A stretch of 64,000 nt of DNA from Ranitomeya imitator (lineage: Eukaryota), in contig NC_091285.1 of NCBI RefSeq assembly GCF_032444005.1, positions 607,972,001 to 608,036,000 on the forward strand. The letters run 5' to 3'. The position numbers and the translations under genes were made by a program. The first letter of the stretch is position 1. Every line of letters begins with the position of its first letter. The notes below the pieces were generated by a model. The model was given only the letters and a program-made list of their open reading frames with translations, was not told the origin of the DNA and searched no databases. Shown here in pieces: positions 1 through 11,265 of this stretch.

Positions 1-505
1 GCCCAGTCACATAGTATATTGGCCAGCCACGTAGTATAAAGCACAGAGTCACGTAGTATACAGCACAGAGCCACGTAGTATACAGCACAGCAACGTAGTA
101 TAAAGCACAGAGCCACGTAGTATACAGCACAGCCACGTAGTATAAAGCACAGAGCCACGTAATATATTGCCCGGAGCCAAGTAGTATATTGCCCAGTCAC
201 GTAGTATACAGCACAGAGTCGCGTAGTATACAGCACAGAGCCACGTAGTATACAGCACAGAGTCACGTAGCATACAGCACAGAGCCACGTAGTATACTGC
301 CCAGTCACGTAGTATATTGCCCAGTCACGTAGTATATTGCCCAGTCACGTAGTATACAGCACAGAGTCGCGTAGTATACAGCACAGAGCCACGTAGTATA
401 CAGCACAGAGCCACGTAGCATACAGCACAGAGCCACGTAGTATACTGCCCAGTCACGTAGTATAGAGCACAGTCTCGTAGTATATTGGCCAGTCACGTAG
501 TATGC
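1..505. repeat. Minisatellite of mixed 20/22-bp units (gcccagtcacgtagtatatt / gcacagagccacgtagtataca)
   Basis: Tandem units are directly visible; they explain the repetitive ORFs 49..288 and 305..496. Confidence 0.95.
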
Positions 506-1145
506 ACCATATCCCTGTTAAAAAAAAGAATTAAAATAAAAAATAGTTACATACTCACCTTCTGGAGCCTCCGGATCGAAGCGGCCGGTTCCCGATGCTT
601 GTCGCGTGCTACGGTCTGAAGATTGCATTGCGGTCTCGCGAGATGATGACGTAGCGGTCTCGCGAGACCGTACGTCATCATCTCGCGAGACCGCAATGCA
701 TGCAGCGGTCACCGGGGCGTCGCGCGGAGCGGGAAAGGCCGGTTCCTGATCCAGTGGGGGGGGCCACCGGAGGGGGAGTATGCAACTATTTTTTTTTTTT
801 ATTATTTTTAACATTAGATATTTTTACAATTCATGCTGCATAGGCAGCATGAAGAGTAAACAGTTGGTCACACAGGGTTAATAGCAGCATTAACCGAATG
901 CGTTACACCGCGGTCAACGCTGCCATTAACCCTGTGTGAGCGCTGACCGGAGGGGAGTATGCGGACGCCGGGCACTGACTGCGGGGAGGAAGGAGCGGCC
1001 ATTTTCTTCCGGACTGCGGCCGTCGCTGATTGGTCGCGGCAGCCATGACAGGCAGCTGCCGAGACCAATCAGCAAATGAATAACCGTGACAGACAGACAG
1101 ACAGAAGGACAGACGGAAGTGACCCTTAGACAATTATATAGTAGA
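1..1145 (-). mobile_element. Non-autonomous Helitron-like element, 5' part (continues beyond the window edge)
   Basis: On the minus strand it begins A|TCTACTATATAATTG at 1145, followed by a (CTGT)n microsatellite (1088-1113), a typical Helitron 5' end. Contains a CpG-rich palindromic core and a minisatellite. Confidence 0.65.
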
Positions 1146-1146
1146 T

Positions 1147-1380
1147 AGAATCAAAGAATATAGGGTTGGAAGGGACCTAACATCATGTCCACCCCCTGCT
1201 CAATGCAGGATCCACTAAACCATCTTTCTGTTTGTAGACTTCCATTGAAGGAGAACTCGCCACCTCTCGTGGCAGCCTGTTCCACTCACTGATCACTCTT
1301 ACTGTCAAAAAGGTTTTTATAATATCTAATCTGTGTCTTCTCCATTTCAGTTTCATTCTGTTGCTTCTTGTGTTTCCTTA
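1147..1380 (-). mobile_element. Old CR1 LINE 3'-end fragment
   Basis: Reverse complement resembles the CR1 ORF2 C-terminus and 3'UTR (acagtaagagtgatcagtgagtggaacaggctgcc...ccttccaacc...attct), like the other CR1 ends in the window. Confidence 0.65.
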
Positions 1381-1751
1381 TTGTATCTATAAAGTAATTA
1401 CCATAAAAAGTAAATAACAAAATTTACATTTTTTTGGTTGCAGATGCTGCACCTCCCCAAAAATATACAGTATAAAGCGATCAAAGAATTGAATGTACAC
1501 CAAGATGGTACCAATAAAAACTACAGCTCGCCTTACAAAAAACAATCTGTCAACAGCTCTGTTGCTGGAAAACTAAAAAAGTTACAAGTCCCAGAAAATG
1601 GTGAACACCATTTTTTTTTTTTTAACAAAGTTCAATTTAAAAAACAAAATAGTATCATCTTACCAATTTTCTCTCCATTTCATCTCACATAGGTAAGTTG
1701 ACAGAAAAATCCATAATGTAGTAAGGCAAAAGTAAAATGTCATGATTCTAT

Positions 1752-2315
1752 TGTTGGGTGACCCAGGACCAGGGGCTCCTTCCCTTCTCCTAACACTAGG
1801 GGGGCGCCCAGCTCGCCCTGTTCCCTGGGTTACTTCTGACGGTAAAGATGCCGGCATCACGTACCTTCCCTTATCTCCTGAATCTGCACCCCATCTGTAC
1901 CCTTCCCCCACCCAGAGAAGAGAGAAGTAGTTGTGCACCGTAGTACACCAACCAGGTAACATGAACAGGGGAAACAGAAACTATCAGGCATACAAATATA
2001 CACTCACATATAACAGAAGTATGCACCAGGGAGTGGCAGATGGGGTAGAAGCAAAGTAGGAGAAAAAAGGGAATTATCACACTTACTAAACCAAGCAACA
2101 GTCACAGATAAACACACCAAACACCTTCCCATATAACCACCAACTACTATCCTCCCAGCCATGCAGCAAAAGCTAGCTCTGACAATGTGTGTCAGTCAGG
2201 ACCCAGATTATATAGAGTATATATAGGAGTAGCTAACCGTGCTCAGCTGAGAGCCGTAGCTCCCAGACCTCTCGACATGGCCGATTAACCCCTGTACAGA
2301 CAAGAGAAATTTACA
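1752..2315. mobile_element. Probable solo LTR or LTR fragment
   Basis: TG...CA ends and LTR-like composition; no clear target-site duplication. Confidence 0.4.
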
Positions 2316-2592
2316 TTGTTTAAAAAGAAGTTGAAGTGCTTGAGTAGGAGCATACAGGAAAGATATATATCTTTGTACCGTGATAGCCAGTAGATAGAAT
2401 ATTATTTAGACGTGAGAGTCCTCAGTGGTTGATACCTTTTGAGTCGGAGCTATCAGATGCTGCAGTCTTCTGGCTCCTCTCTGTCGCGGTAGCCCAGTGA
2501 CAGAAAAAGTCTGCTGTGTTAATAATGCAATATTTGTATGGGTCCTCAATGGGGCAATTTTTCCATAAGATTATAACAGGTTACGAAATATT

Positions 2593-4340
2593 CATTGGTT
2601 ATGCAGTGGATGTTGCAATGGGTCCTTAAAGTACTACCAGAATCTTAGGGGAATGAAGAGAGAAAAAAAAAAAAAAAAGGGGTAAATGTTTGTTTTGGTG
2701 AATATAGTGAGTCTAAATAGATTTATAATATATACTCACTCAGATATTAAATGGAAATGTGCAATGAAGAGACGTGATCCCTGTGTATCTGCAATTGATG
2801 CGGGTATTGTGATGAGCACGGTTGCTTAATCTTCAGAGGTTTATAGTAGATGCCCCTGCTTAGATAAATGTACAACCTTTATAGGTAATGGTGGTTTTAA
2901 ATAAATGTGGTCTAGTTTTCCCAGTACACAATAAACTTACTGCTGGTGGGAGTAGCGCAGGATTCCGTTAGGTTAAGGTAGTAAGATGACCATCAGATGC
3001 TGGCTGACAAGGATTACTGTGATTAGAATTGATTGCCCATATGTTGAGATGAGGAGAAATGCTCCCCCAGTATGTTGGAGCGCTAATATGCCACAATTGC
3101 TATGTGCACATAAAATATGCTATACTCACTGTGGTGCTGAGTGCGGAGGGAAGCGGTTCCGGAAAGTCTGAGCCACCGCTAGGTGTACCACTATGACAGA
3201 GCGGTGGGTTAAGGAGAGAGTGGCGGCAGAAGCCGTGCGACCGCGAAACTTTGCGTGCCCCGGCCGGATGCAGCGCTGAGGTAGCGGTCTTAGGGTTTAA
3301 CCCTGATGAAGAGGGCCTGAGCCCTTGAAATGCATTGGTTTGCTGACTAGCTATACTAGCACACCTGTCCTCTTTAGCCCCGTAGCGTGGTGACGTCACC
3401 AGCAGCTCTGCCCACCCTCTCCAACCGCTACCTCAGCGCTGCATCCGGCCGGGGCACGCGAGGTTTCGCGGTCGCACGGCTTCTGCCGCCACTCTCTCCT
3501 TAACCCACCGCTCTGTCATAGTGGTACACCTAGCGGTGGCTCAGACTTTCCGGAACCGCTTCCCTCCGCACTCAGCACCACAGTGAGTACAGCATATTTT
3601 ATGTGCACATAGCAATTGTGGCATATTAGTGCTCCAACATACTGGGGGAGCATTTCTCCTCATCTCAACATATGGGCAATCAATTCTAATCACAGTAATC
3701 CTTGTCAGCCAGCACCTGATGGTCATCTTACTACCTTAACCTAACGGAATCCTGCGCTACTCCCACCAGCAGTAAGTTTATTGTGTACTGGGAAAACTAG
3801 ACCACATTTATTTAAAACCACCATTACCTATAAAGGTTGTACATTTATCTAAGCAGGGGCATCTACTATAAACCTCTGAAGATTAAGCAACCGTGGTCAT
3901 CACAATACCCGCATCAATTGCAGATACACAGGGATCACGTCTCTTCATTGCACATTTCCATTTAATATCTGAGTGAGTATATATTATAAATCTATTTAGT
4001 CTCACTATATTCACCAATACAAACATTTACCCCTTTTTTTTTTTTTTTCTCTCCTCATTCCCCTAAGATTCTGGTAGTACTTTAAGGACCCATTGCAACA
4101 TCCACTGCATAACCAATGATTACTCATTAAGTAAGTGCTCTCTTATTCATTTATTCATCTATTTTTCATTTTATTGTTCGTTTTTGTAGACAGCGCAGGT
4201 GAATACCACTCTTTTTCATTTTATATACTTTACAGGTCTACACAGAACCTGTCACAATCACCAGCAGCACGCTACATTCAGCAATTTTGTTTCCCCACTA
4301 GGGACTATCAGGAGCGCCAGTGCTTTTTACTTTCTTTTTT
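2593..4340 (+). mobile_element. Fold-back insertion of probable Penelope-like origin with a 15-bp TSD
   Basis: AGGTTACGAAATATT occurs at 2578-2592 and 4341-4355. Near-perfect inverted arms at 2592-3288 and 3424-4119; hammerhead-like core in the 135-bp spacer. Confidence 0.7.
3299..3340 (+). ncRNA. CpG-decayed minimal type-I hammerhead ribozyme motif
   Basis: AACC-CTGATGA-A-GAGGGC ctga GCCCTT-GAAA-TGCAT-T-GGTT gives stem I (4 bp), the catalytic core, stem II and a palindromic stem III. TTGAAATGCATTGG equals TCGAAACGCGTCGG after CpG deamination. Confidence 0.6.
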
Positions 4341-4360
4341 AGGTTACGAAATATTGATAG

Positions 4361-7218
4361 TCTAATATATAAAGCTGAATGTGTGTATGTGTGTATGTAT
4401 GTATGTATGTATGTATGTGTGTATGTCCGGGATTGGCATCTGCACCGTCACAGCTACAGCCACAAAATTTTGCACAGTCACACGTCTGGACCCCGAGAGC
4501 GTCATAGGCTATGTTGTGAGGTGAAATTTTAACCCCGCGCTTTCCAATTCACCAAACAATTTTGCCCCTATCTACATAATGGGGAAAAAGTGAAAGGAAA
4601 AGTGTTGGAGGCAAATTGACAGCTGCCAGATGTGAACAAGGGGGACTTAAAGAATGAGAGCGATGGCGCCAAAGAGTATATACCGATCAGTTGCTAAGGT
4701 GGGGCCCCGACATGGGATACTCACCACACACGGGGATATGAACACACACACAAAAGGCGCCACAAACTACCACGTGCTTGAACACATATACCACCCTCAG
4801 CACACATTTCACTGCACATACACCAACCTCGCCACATAAAAGTCGAAACACAAAAGTCGCCGCTCAAAACTCGCCACGCGCAAAACTCGCCACATGCAAA
4901 ACTAGGTTCACGCAAAACTCGCCACATGTGCAAAACTCACCTCATGGAAAACTGGCCACATGCAAAACTTGCACACGCGGAAAAATTGCCACATGCACAA
5001 AAGTTTCAACACACGCAAAAGTTGCCTCACACAAAACTTGCACATACTCAAAACGCACCACACATAAAACTCGCCACGCGCAAAACTCGCCATGCGCAAA
5101 ACTTGCTGCACACAACTTGCTACACTAACCTGTCACATGCAACTCGACACACAAAAAGTTGCTACACGCATGTTGCCACACAAAACTCATCTCACAAAAG
5201 TCGGTACATGCATGTCGCCACATGCAACTCAACACACACAACTTGACACATGAAACTCACCCTAAAACACACACAAGTCTGGCACTATCCTTCAAAAATA
5301 AAAATCTGATTAATAAGCAGACAAACTACAAGAGCAACAAATGTACCATATAGGAAATACGGCAGCTGTCAGTCACATGACCTGTCTATTATGTGTATGT
5401 GTGAGCTAATATATACTGCCAGGGGGAGGGCTTCCTGTTGGCTGGGGATTTATCAGGCTGCCAATTTAGCTTACAAATACTGAGGTAAAAATACTGACCA
5501 AATAACGTGTGAACGCGGTCTAATACAGGAGGAGATGACACACAGGTATATACTATATACAGGAGGAGATGACACACAGGTATATACTATATACAGGAGA
5601 GTTGACACACAGGTATATACTATATACAGGAGGAGATGACACACACGTATATACTATATACAGGAGCAGATGACACACAGGTATATACTATATACAAGAG
5701 GAGATGACACACACATATATACTATATACAGGGGAGATGACACACAGGTATAAACTATATACAGGAGGAGATGACATACAGGTATATACTATATACAGGA
5801 GGACATGACACACAGGTATATACTATATACAGGTGAGATGACATACAGGTACATACTATATACAGGGGCGATGACACACAGGTATATACTATATACAGTG
5901 GACATGACACACAGGTATATACTATATACAGGAAGAGATGACATACAGGTATATACTATATACTGGAGGAGATGACACACAGGTATATACTATATACAGG
6001 AGCAGATGATACACAGGTATATACTATAAACAGGAGGAGATGACTTACAGGTACATACTATATACAGGAGGAGATGACACACGTATATACTATATACAGG
6101 AGGAGATGACATACAGGTATATGCTATATAAAAGAGGCGATGACACACAGGTATATAGAGGAGGAGATGACATACAGCAGGTATATACTATATACAGGGG
6201 AGATGACATACAGGTATATACTATATACAGGAGATGACATACAGGTATATACTATATACAGGAGATGACATACAGGTATATACTATATATAGGAGGAGAT
6301 GACATACAGGTATATAGTATATACAGAAGAGATGACATACAGGTATATACTATATACTGGAGGAGATGACACACAGGTATATACTATATACAGGAGCAGA
6401 TGATACACAGGTATATACTATAAACAGGAGGAGATGACTTACAGGTACATACTATATACAGGAGGAGATGACACACGTATATACTATATACAGGAGGAGA
6501 TGACATACAGGTATATGCTATATAAAAGAGGCGATGACACACAGGTATATAGAGGAGGAGATGACATACAGCAGGTATATACTATATACAGGGGAGATGA
6601 CATACAGGTATATACTATATACAGGAGATGACATACAGGTATATACTATATACAGGAGATGACATACAGGTATATACTATATATAGGAGGAGATGACATA
6701 CAGGTATATAGTATATACAGAAGAGATGACATACAGGTATATAATATATACAGGAGGAGATGACATATGGGTATATACAATATACAGGACAAGATGACAT
6801 ACAGCAGGTATATACTATTTACAGGGGAGATGACATACAGGTATATACTATATACAAGAGAACACATACAGGTATATACTATATATAAGGGAGATGACAA
6901 ACATGTATATACTGAGGTAAAAATGAGGGGTGTGAGGTGAAAATGAAAAGGTGTGAGTGCAAAATGAGAGGAGTGAGGGAAAATAGTGGAGTGATCGGGA
7001 AATGACAGATGTGAGGTCGAAATGACAAGTGTTAGGGGGGAATGAGAGGAGTGAGGGGGAAAATAGGAGGAGTGAGGGGGAAAATGAGAGGTGTAAGGGA
7101 GAAAATGAGAGGTGTAAGGGAGAAAATGAGAGGCATGATGGGAAAATAAGAGACGTGAGGTGCTATAACTAACCACAGATATTTACTATGCCCAGGCAAC
7201 GCCGGGCTCTTCAGCTAG
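4361..7218 (+). mobile_element. Non-autonomous Helitron
   Basis: 5' TCTAATATATAAAGCTG followed by (TGTA)n; 3' hairpin gcccaggcAACgccgggc (7190-7207), then CTAG (7215-7218) followed by T. The base before the 5' TC is G rather than the usual A. Confidence 0.85.
5520..6900. repeat. ~36-41-bp minisatellite (gatgacacacaggtatatactatatacaggagga) inside the Helitron
   Basis: Tandem units visible; includes a 394-bp block duplication (identical ORFs 6040..6237 and 6434..6631). Confidence 0.95.
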
Positions 7219-7934
7219 TTCATTTATAAATGTAGGACTCAAGATATTTACAGGATTTATGTAACACAGCTGATATTTTTCTGTAACACCATTGTTGTGT
7301 TCCCGAAAGCTAAAAAGAGAATGGTTTCCATTTAAAAAAACCCAAACATTTAAATCTGCCTAAATGAATTCCAAATGGGCCATCTAACTACACTAGGGAG
7401 CACACCCATGAGGCAGGATGTGACAAGTGATGCCCTCATCTTATACATACACATTATCTCACCATGTGGCAGGTCACTCGTCTACAATTCCACTAAGGAT
7501 TATCCTATCTGTTACACAATTTCTAAACTTCCAGATGGACTGGAGTTTTATCTAATTAATTTGTAACCTTGACTTTGGCAGGAAGCCCACCCACATCATG
7601 CCGCTCTAGTATATGGTCATAGATGACCATTAATTTAGATATTATAACCCCTCGTTGACCTGAAAAAGTCCAAAAAAGTAAGGCAACTGCCACAGTAAGA
7701 AAGCAGTTTTCATTTTGCACAGGCAGGGGTGCATGAGATATAACGGGATGTTAATTTTAGAAATGTCTATTCATTATTTGTACTTGAGCATACATAAAAA
7801 AGCTATAATCAAAAAATTACCTATTTTTTAAATCATGTTTTTTGGTTACATCTTTTTTTAATTTCACAATTTTTTTTATTATAACACAATCTTTAAAAAA
7901 CAAACAAACAAACAAAAAAACCACTACATCAACA

Positions 7935-8505
7935 TGTGACAACTGAGTGGTCAGACAAAACGAGTAAATAAGTCGGGGTCGGTAACAGGAGAGACTAAAT
8001 AATAAAGCACCTTGACAGGGAACTAGAAACAAACTGAAACTAGGACCTAAGCTCATGCGAAGTGTGGAGGGAGGAGCTATCTCATATATTCACTGCTGGC
8101 AGGGTATGTGCCAGGGAAGCAAAAGTTTAAGTACACAGTGGTTATAAATTCTAGCAGATTCTGGCCATGCCTCCCTATAGCTGGGTTGGGATTCTTCAGC
8201 AACAGGAGGATGTAGCAGTGATGAGGCAGCTCAGCGAGATGGTCTGACACTGGGAGGAGCAAAAGCTGTGCACACAGTGAGTAGGACGGTGGTTACAAAC
8301 CGTGCAAGGCACCGGCATGACAGTACTCCCTTACGCCTTCTGCTTTTTTGGCCAGACCAATGGAGAAACCTCTCAAGAATGGTAGGGGAGTAGATGTTTT
8401 TAACAACAGATGTTTTTAGAGATCTCACAATCTTTTTTTCATGACCAAAGCCCCTCCAATTGACCAAATATAAGGTTTTCCCCAAGCGTGCTCTCTGCAC
8501 TTCCG
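7935..8505 (-). mobile_element. Gypsy/chromovirus 3' remnant: integrase chromodomain, PPT and LTR (7935-8322)
   Basis: Minus ORF 8231..8500 reads RARLGKTLYLVNWRGFGHEKK...NIYSPTILERF (chromodomain-like YLVxWxGF), then purine tract AAGGGGAGTAC, then TGTCATG...GTCACA. Confidence 0.7.
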
Positions 8506-8589
8506 CTAAGGGGCCCCTGAGCAGGTGGTGGGCCCGGTGCCAGTAGTGGGCCCCCTGCCCATCATTGCAAGGTCAGCTGTTTTGGTGGG

Positions 8590-9545
8590 TCTGCTTATGG
8601 GGGTGCTGCCTTATGCTACAGAGTCTGCTATGGGATGCTGCCTTATACTACAGAGTCTGCCTATGGGGGCTTCCTTATACTGCAGGGTCTGCCTATGGGG
8701 TGCTGCCTTATACTGCAGGGTCTGCCTATGGTGGTGCTGCCTTATACTACAGAGAATGCCTATGGGGTGCTGCCTTATACTATAGAATCAGCCTATGGGG
8801 TGCTGCCTTATACTACAGGGTCTACCTATGTTACATAGTTACATAGTTACATAGTTATTAAGGTTGAAGGAAGACTATATGTCCATCTAGTTCAACCCAT
8901 AGCCTAACCTAACATGTTGATCCAGAGGAAGGCAAAAAAAACCCATGTGCAAAGAGTAAGCTCCACATTGGGGAAAAAAATTCCTTCCCGACTCCACATA
9001 CGGCAATCAGACTAGTTCCCTGGATCAACGCCCTATCAAGGAATCTAGTGTATATACCCTGTAACATTATACTTTTCCAGAAAGGTATCCAGTCCCCTCT
9101 TAAATTTAAGTAATGAATCACTCATTACAACATCACTATGGGGGTGCTGCCTTATACTACAGGGTCTGCCTATGTGGGTGCTGCCTTATACTACAGGGTC
9201 TGCCTATGTGGGTGCTGCCTTATACTACAGGGTCTGCCTATGGGGGTGCTGTCTTATACTACAGAGTCTGCCTGTGGGTGCTGCCTTGTGCTATAGAGTC
9301 TGCCTATATGTGCTACCTTGTGCTATAGAGTCTGCCTATGGGTGCTGCCTTATACTACAGGGTCTGCCTATAGAGGTGCTGCCTTATACTACAGAGTCTG
9401 TCTATATTGGTGCTGACTTTTACTACAGGGCCTGCCTATGGGGTGCTGCATTATACTACAGAGTCTGCCTATGTGTGCTGCCTTGTGCTATAGAGTCTGC
9501 CTATGGGTGCTGCCTTGTGCTATAGAGTCTGCCTATGGGGGTGCA
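8590..9545. repeat. 33-35-bp minisatellite (ctatgggggtgctgccttatactacagagtctgc)
   Basis: Tandem units visible; interrupted by a CR1 fragment. Confidence 0.95.
8831..9135 (-). mobile_element. CR1 3'-end fragment inserted in the minisatellite
   Basis: (GTTACATA)n tail at 8830-8856 plus CR1 3'UTR; CTATG flanks both sides (8826-8830 and 9136-9140). Confidence 0.8.
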
Positions 9546-10339
9546 TTATACAGTATAGAGTAGGCCTAAGGTGAGTGCATTATACTATATTTAGGACAAT
9601 CTGGTGCATTTAACTATATGGAGACTATCTAGGGGGCCATCCTACAGTGTGGAGATTACAGTGAGGGGGCCATTGTACAGTGTGGGGATTACAGTGAAGG
9701 GGCCATCATACAGTGTTGGAGTCATCAAGCAGTTTGAGAGCTACTAAGGGGTCAGTATACTGCGTGGGTGGTACTATACAGTGAAGGGGCATTATACTGT
9801 GTATAAGAGATCATCATACTGTGTATGAGGGAGCTGTACAGGGGTGAGACTCAATACATTATTAAATGTAAAGTGGGCACTTATTGTTATAGGGGAATTC
9901 AGGTTACTGTCACTGTCAAAGGGGCACACAGGGCAATATTACTTTCTAGGGGGCAAAATGTGGGCACTGTTTTCTAGGGCACTTTCACCCGGCATTACTA
10001 TATTACAGAGGGGTGCTTTAGAATTTGGAGGGCACAGAGAACCACACATCAGGGGCAGTAATAAGGTCACATAGGGCAGCAGCGGCTCTGTATTGGGGTA
10101 TCAGCAGGATAAGGAGTTTGTGCAGGTTGGGAATAGAAGGTGGTGGATGGAATATGAGAAGTGAAATGTGTCTTTGTTGTATTCTCTGCAGCTGAGACCT
10201 GGGTGGAAGAAGTTGTCATGTCGGTCTGGGCCAGAAGGAAAAGATGGGAAAAGCATAAGTACATGTGGAGACTCCCTAGCAACCAGGCAACCCCCACATG
10301 TATTTATGCTGGCTAACAGATGTAAATCATTCAGCTGCG

Positions 10340-10487
10340 GCAAGAAAAACTAAATCTCCGAGCTAAAAAATACTCGGATGACACTCGAGCGTGCTCAAGA
10401 AATCTTGAGTAACAAGTATATTCGCTCATGACTACACATGAGCGTGCTCGGGAAATCTTGATTAACGAGTATATTCGCTGATCACTA
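10340..10487. mobile_element. Right end of a TAGTGATG-type (hAT-like) MITE with a duplicated terminal ~48 bp
   Basis: Ends ...attcgctgATCACTA; the terminal segment occurs at 10387-10434 and again at 10440-10487. Same family as the element starting at 38777. Confidence 0.55.
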
Positions 10488-10489
10488 GT

Positions 10490-10808
10490 CAGGAAGTCTG
10501 AGGTTTAAGGCGAGCAGCACAGGTTCAGAATATGATACGACGCTGGCAAGATTTGGAGGTAGGAGCTGCCTAATATATCTACTGCTGGAAGGGGGAGGCC
10601 AGGGAAGCAAAATTCTGCAGTACAGTGGTTTTAAATTCCTGCAGAGTATGGCCACTCTTCCCTATAGCGGGGTGGAGACTCTCCAGCAACAGGAGGATGT
10701 AGCACTGCTGAGGCAGATAACAGAGGTGGTTTGACACTGGGAGGAGCAGAGCGGTGCGCACAGTGAGTAGGATGTCGCTTTCAAACCGTAAGAGTCACCA
10801 GCATGACA
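10490..10808 (-). mobile_element. Diverged LTR related to 7935-8322
   Basis: Alignable by eye with 8085-8322 (cagcaacaggaggatgtagca...gacactgggaggagca...cacagtgagtagga...catgaca). Confidence 0.65.
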
Positions 10809-10980
10809 CAGCATAAGTAGTCTTGCAATTTTCACACTGGCCACATGAGGTTATTTTAAACTCATACATTCTGTCCTTTCAGGAAGAGTATTTAACATGG
10901 AAACATCAATCATAGGCAATATTGCTGTTAACCCTGTTTCTGCTCCTTTCACAATGACCTTTGTACAGGCGCATTAGACA

Positions 10981-11265
10981 ATTAATAATCTTTAATAATC
11001 GTTACTTTTTATATAGCGCTAACATATTCCGCAGTGCTTTACAGTTTGCACACATTATCATCGCTGTCCCTGATGGGGCTCACAATCTAGATTCCCTATC
11101 AATATGTCTTTGAAATGTGGGAGGAAACCGGAGAATCCAGAGGAAACCCACGCAAACATGGGGAGAACATACAAACTCCTTGCAGATGTTGTCCTTGATG
11201 GATTTGAACCCAGGACCCCAGCGCTGCAAGGCTGCAGTGCTATCCACTGAGCCACCGTGCTGCCC
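10981..11265 (-). mobile_element. tRNA-derived SINE (V-SINE-like, L2-type tail)
   Basis: Minus strand: GGGCAGCACGGTGGCTCAGTGG (A box), GGGTTCAAATC (B box), central gtttgcgtgggtttcctc...tttcctcccac domain, 3' gcactgcggaatatgttagcgctatataaaaa and a short ATT-rich tail. Confidence 0.85.

Noticed and set aside
49-496. Repetitive ORFs (YYVALCC..., also 6040-6631, 8525-9525, 13442-14058, 57996-58482)
   Set aside because: They are translations of minisatellites in several frames at once, with no splice or domain evidence.
8231-8500. Host chromodomain gene exon
   Set aside because: Directly followed by a PPT and LTR, so it is a chromovirus integrase tail.
11190-11265. tRNA gene
   Set aside because: A and B boxes continue into a SINE body and tail; no complete cloverleaf.
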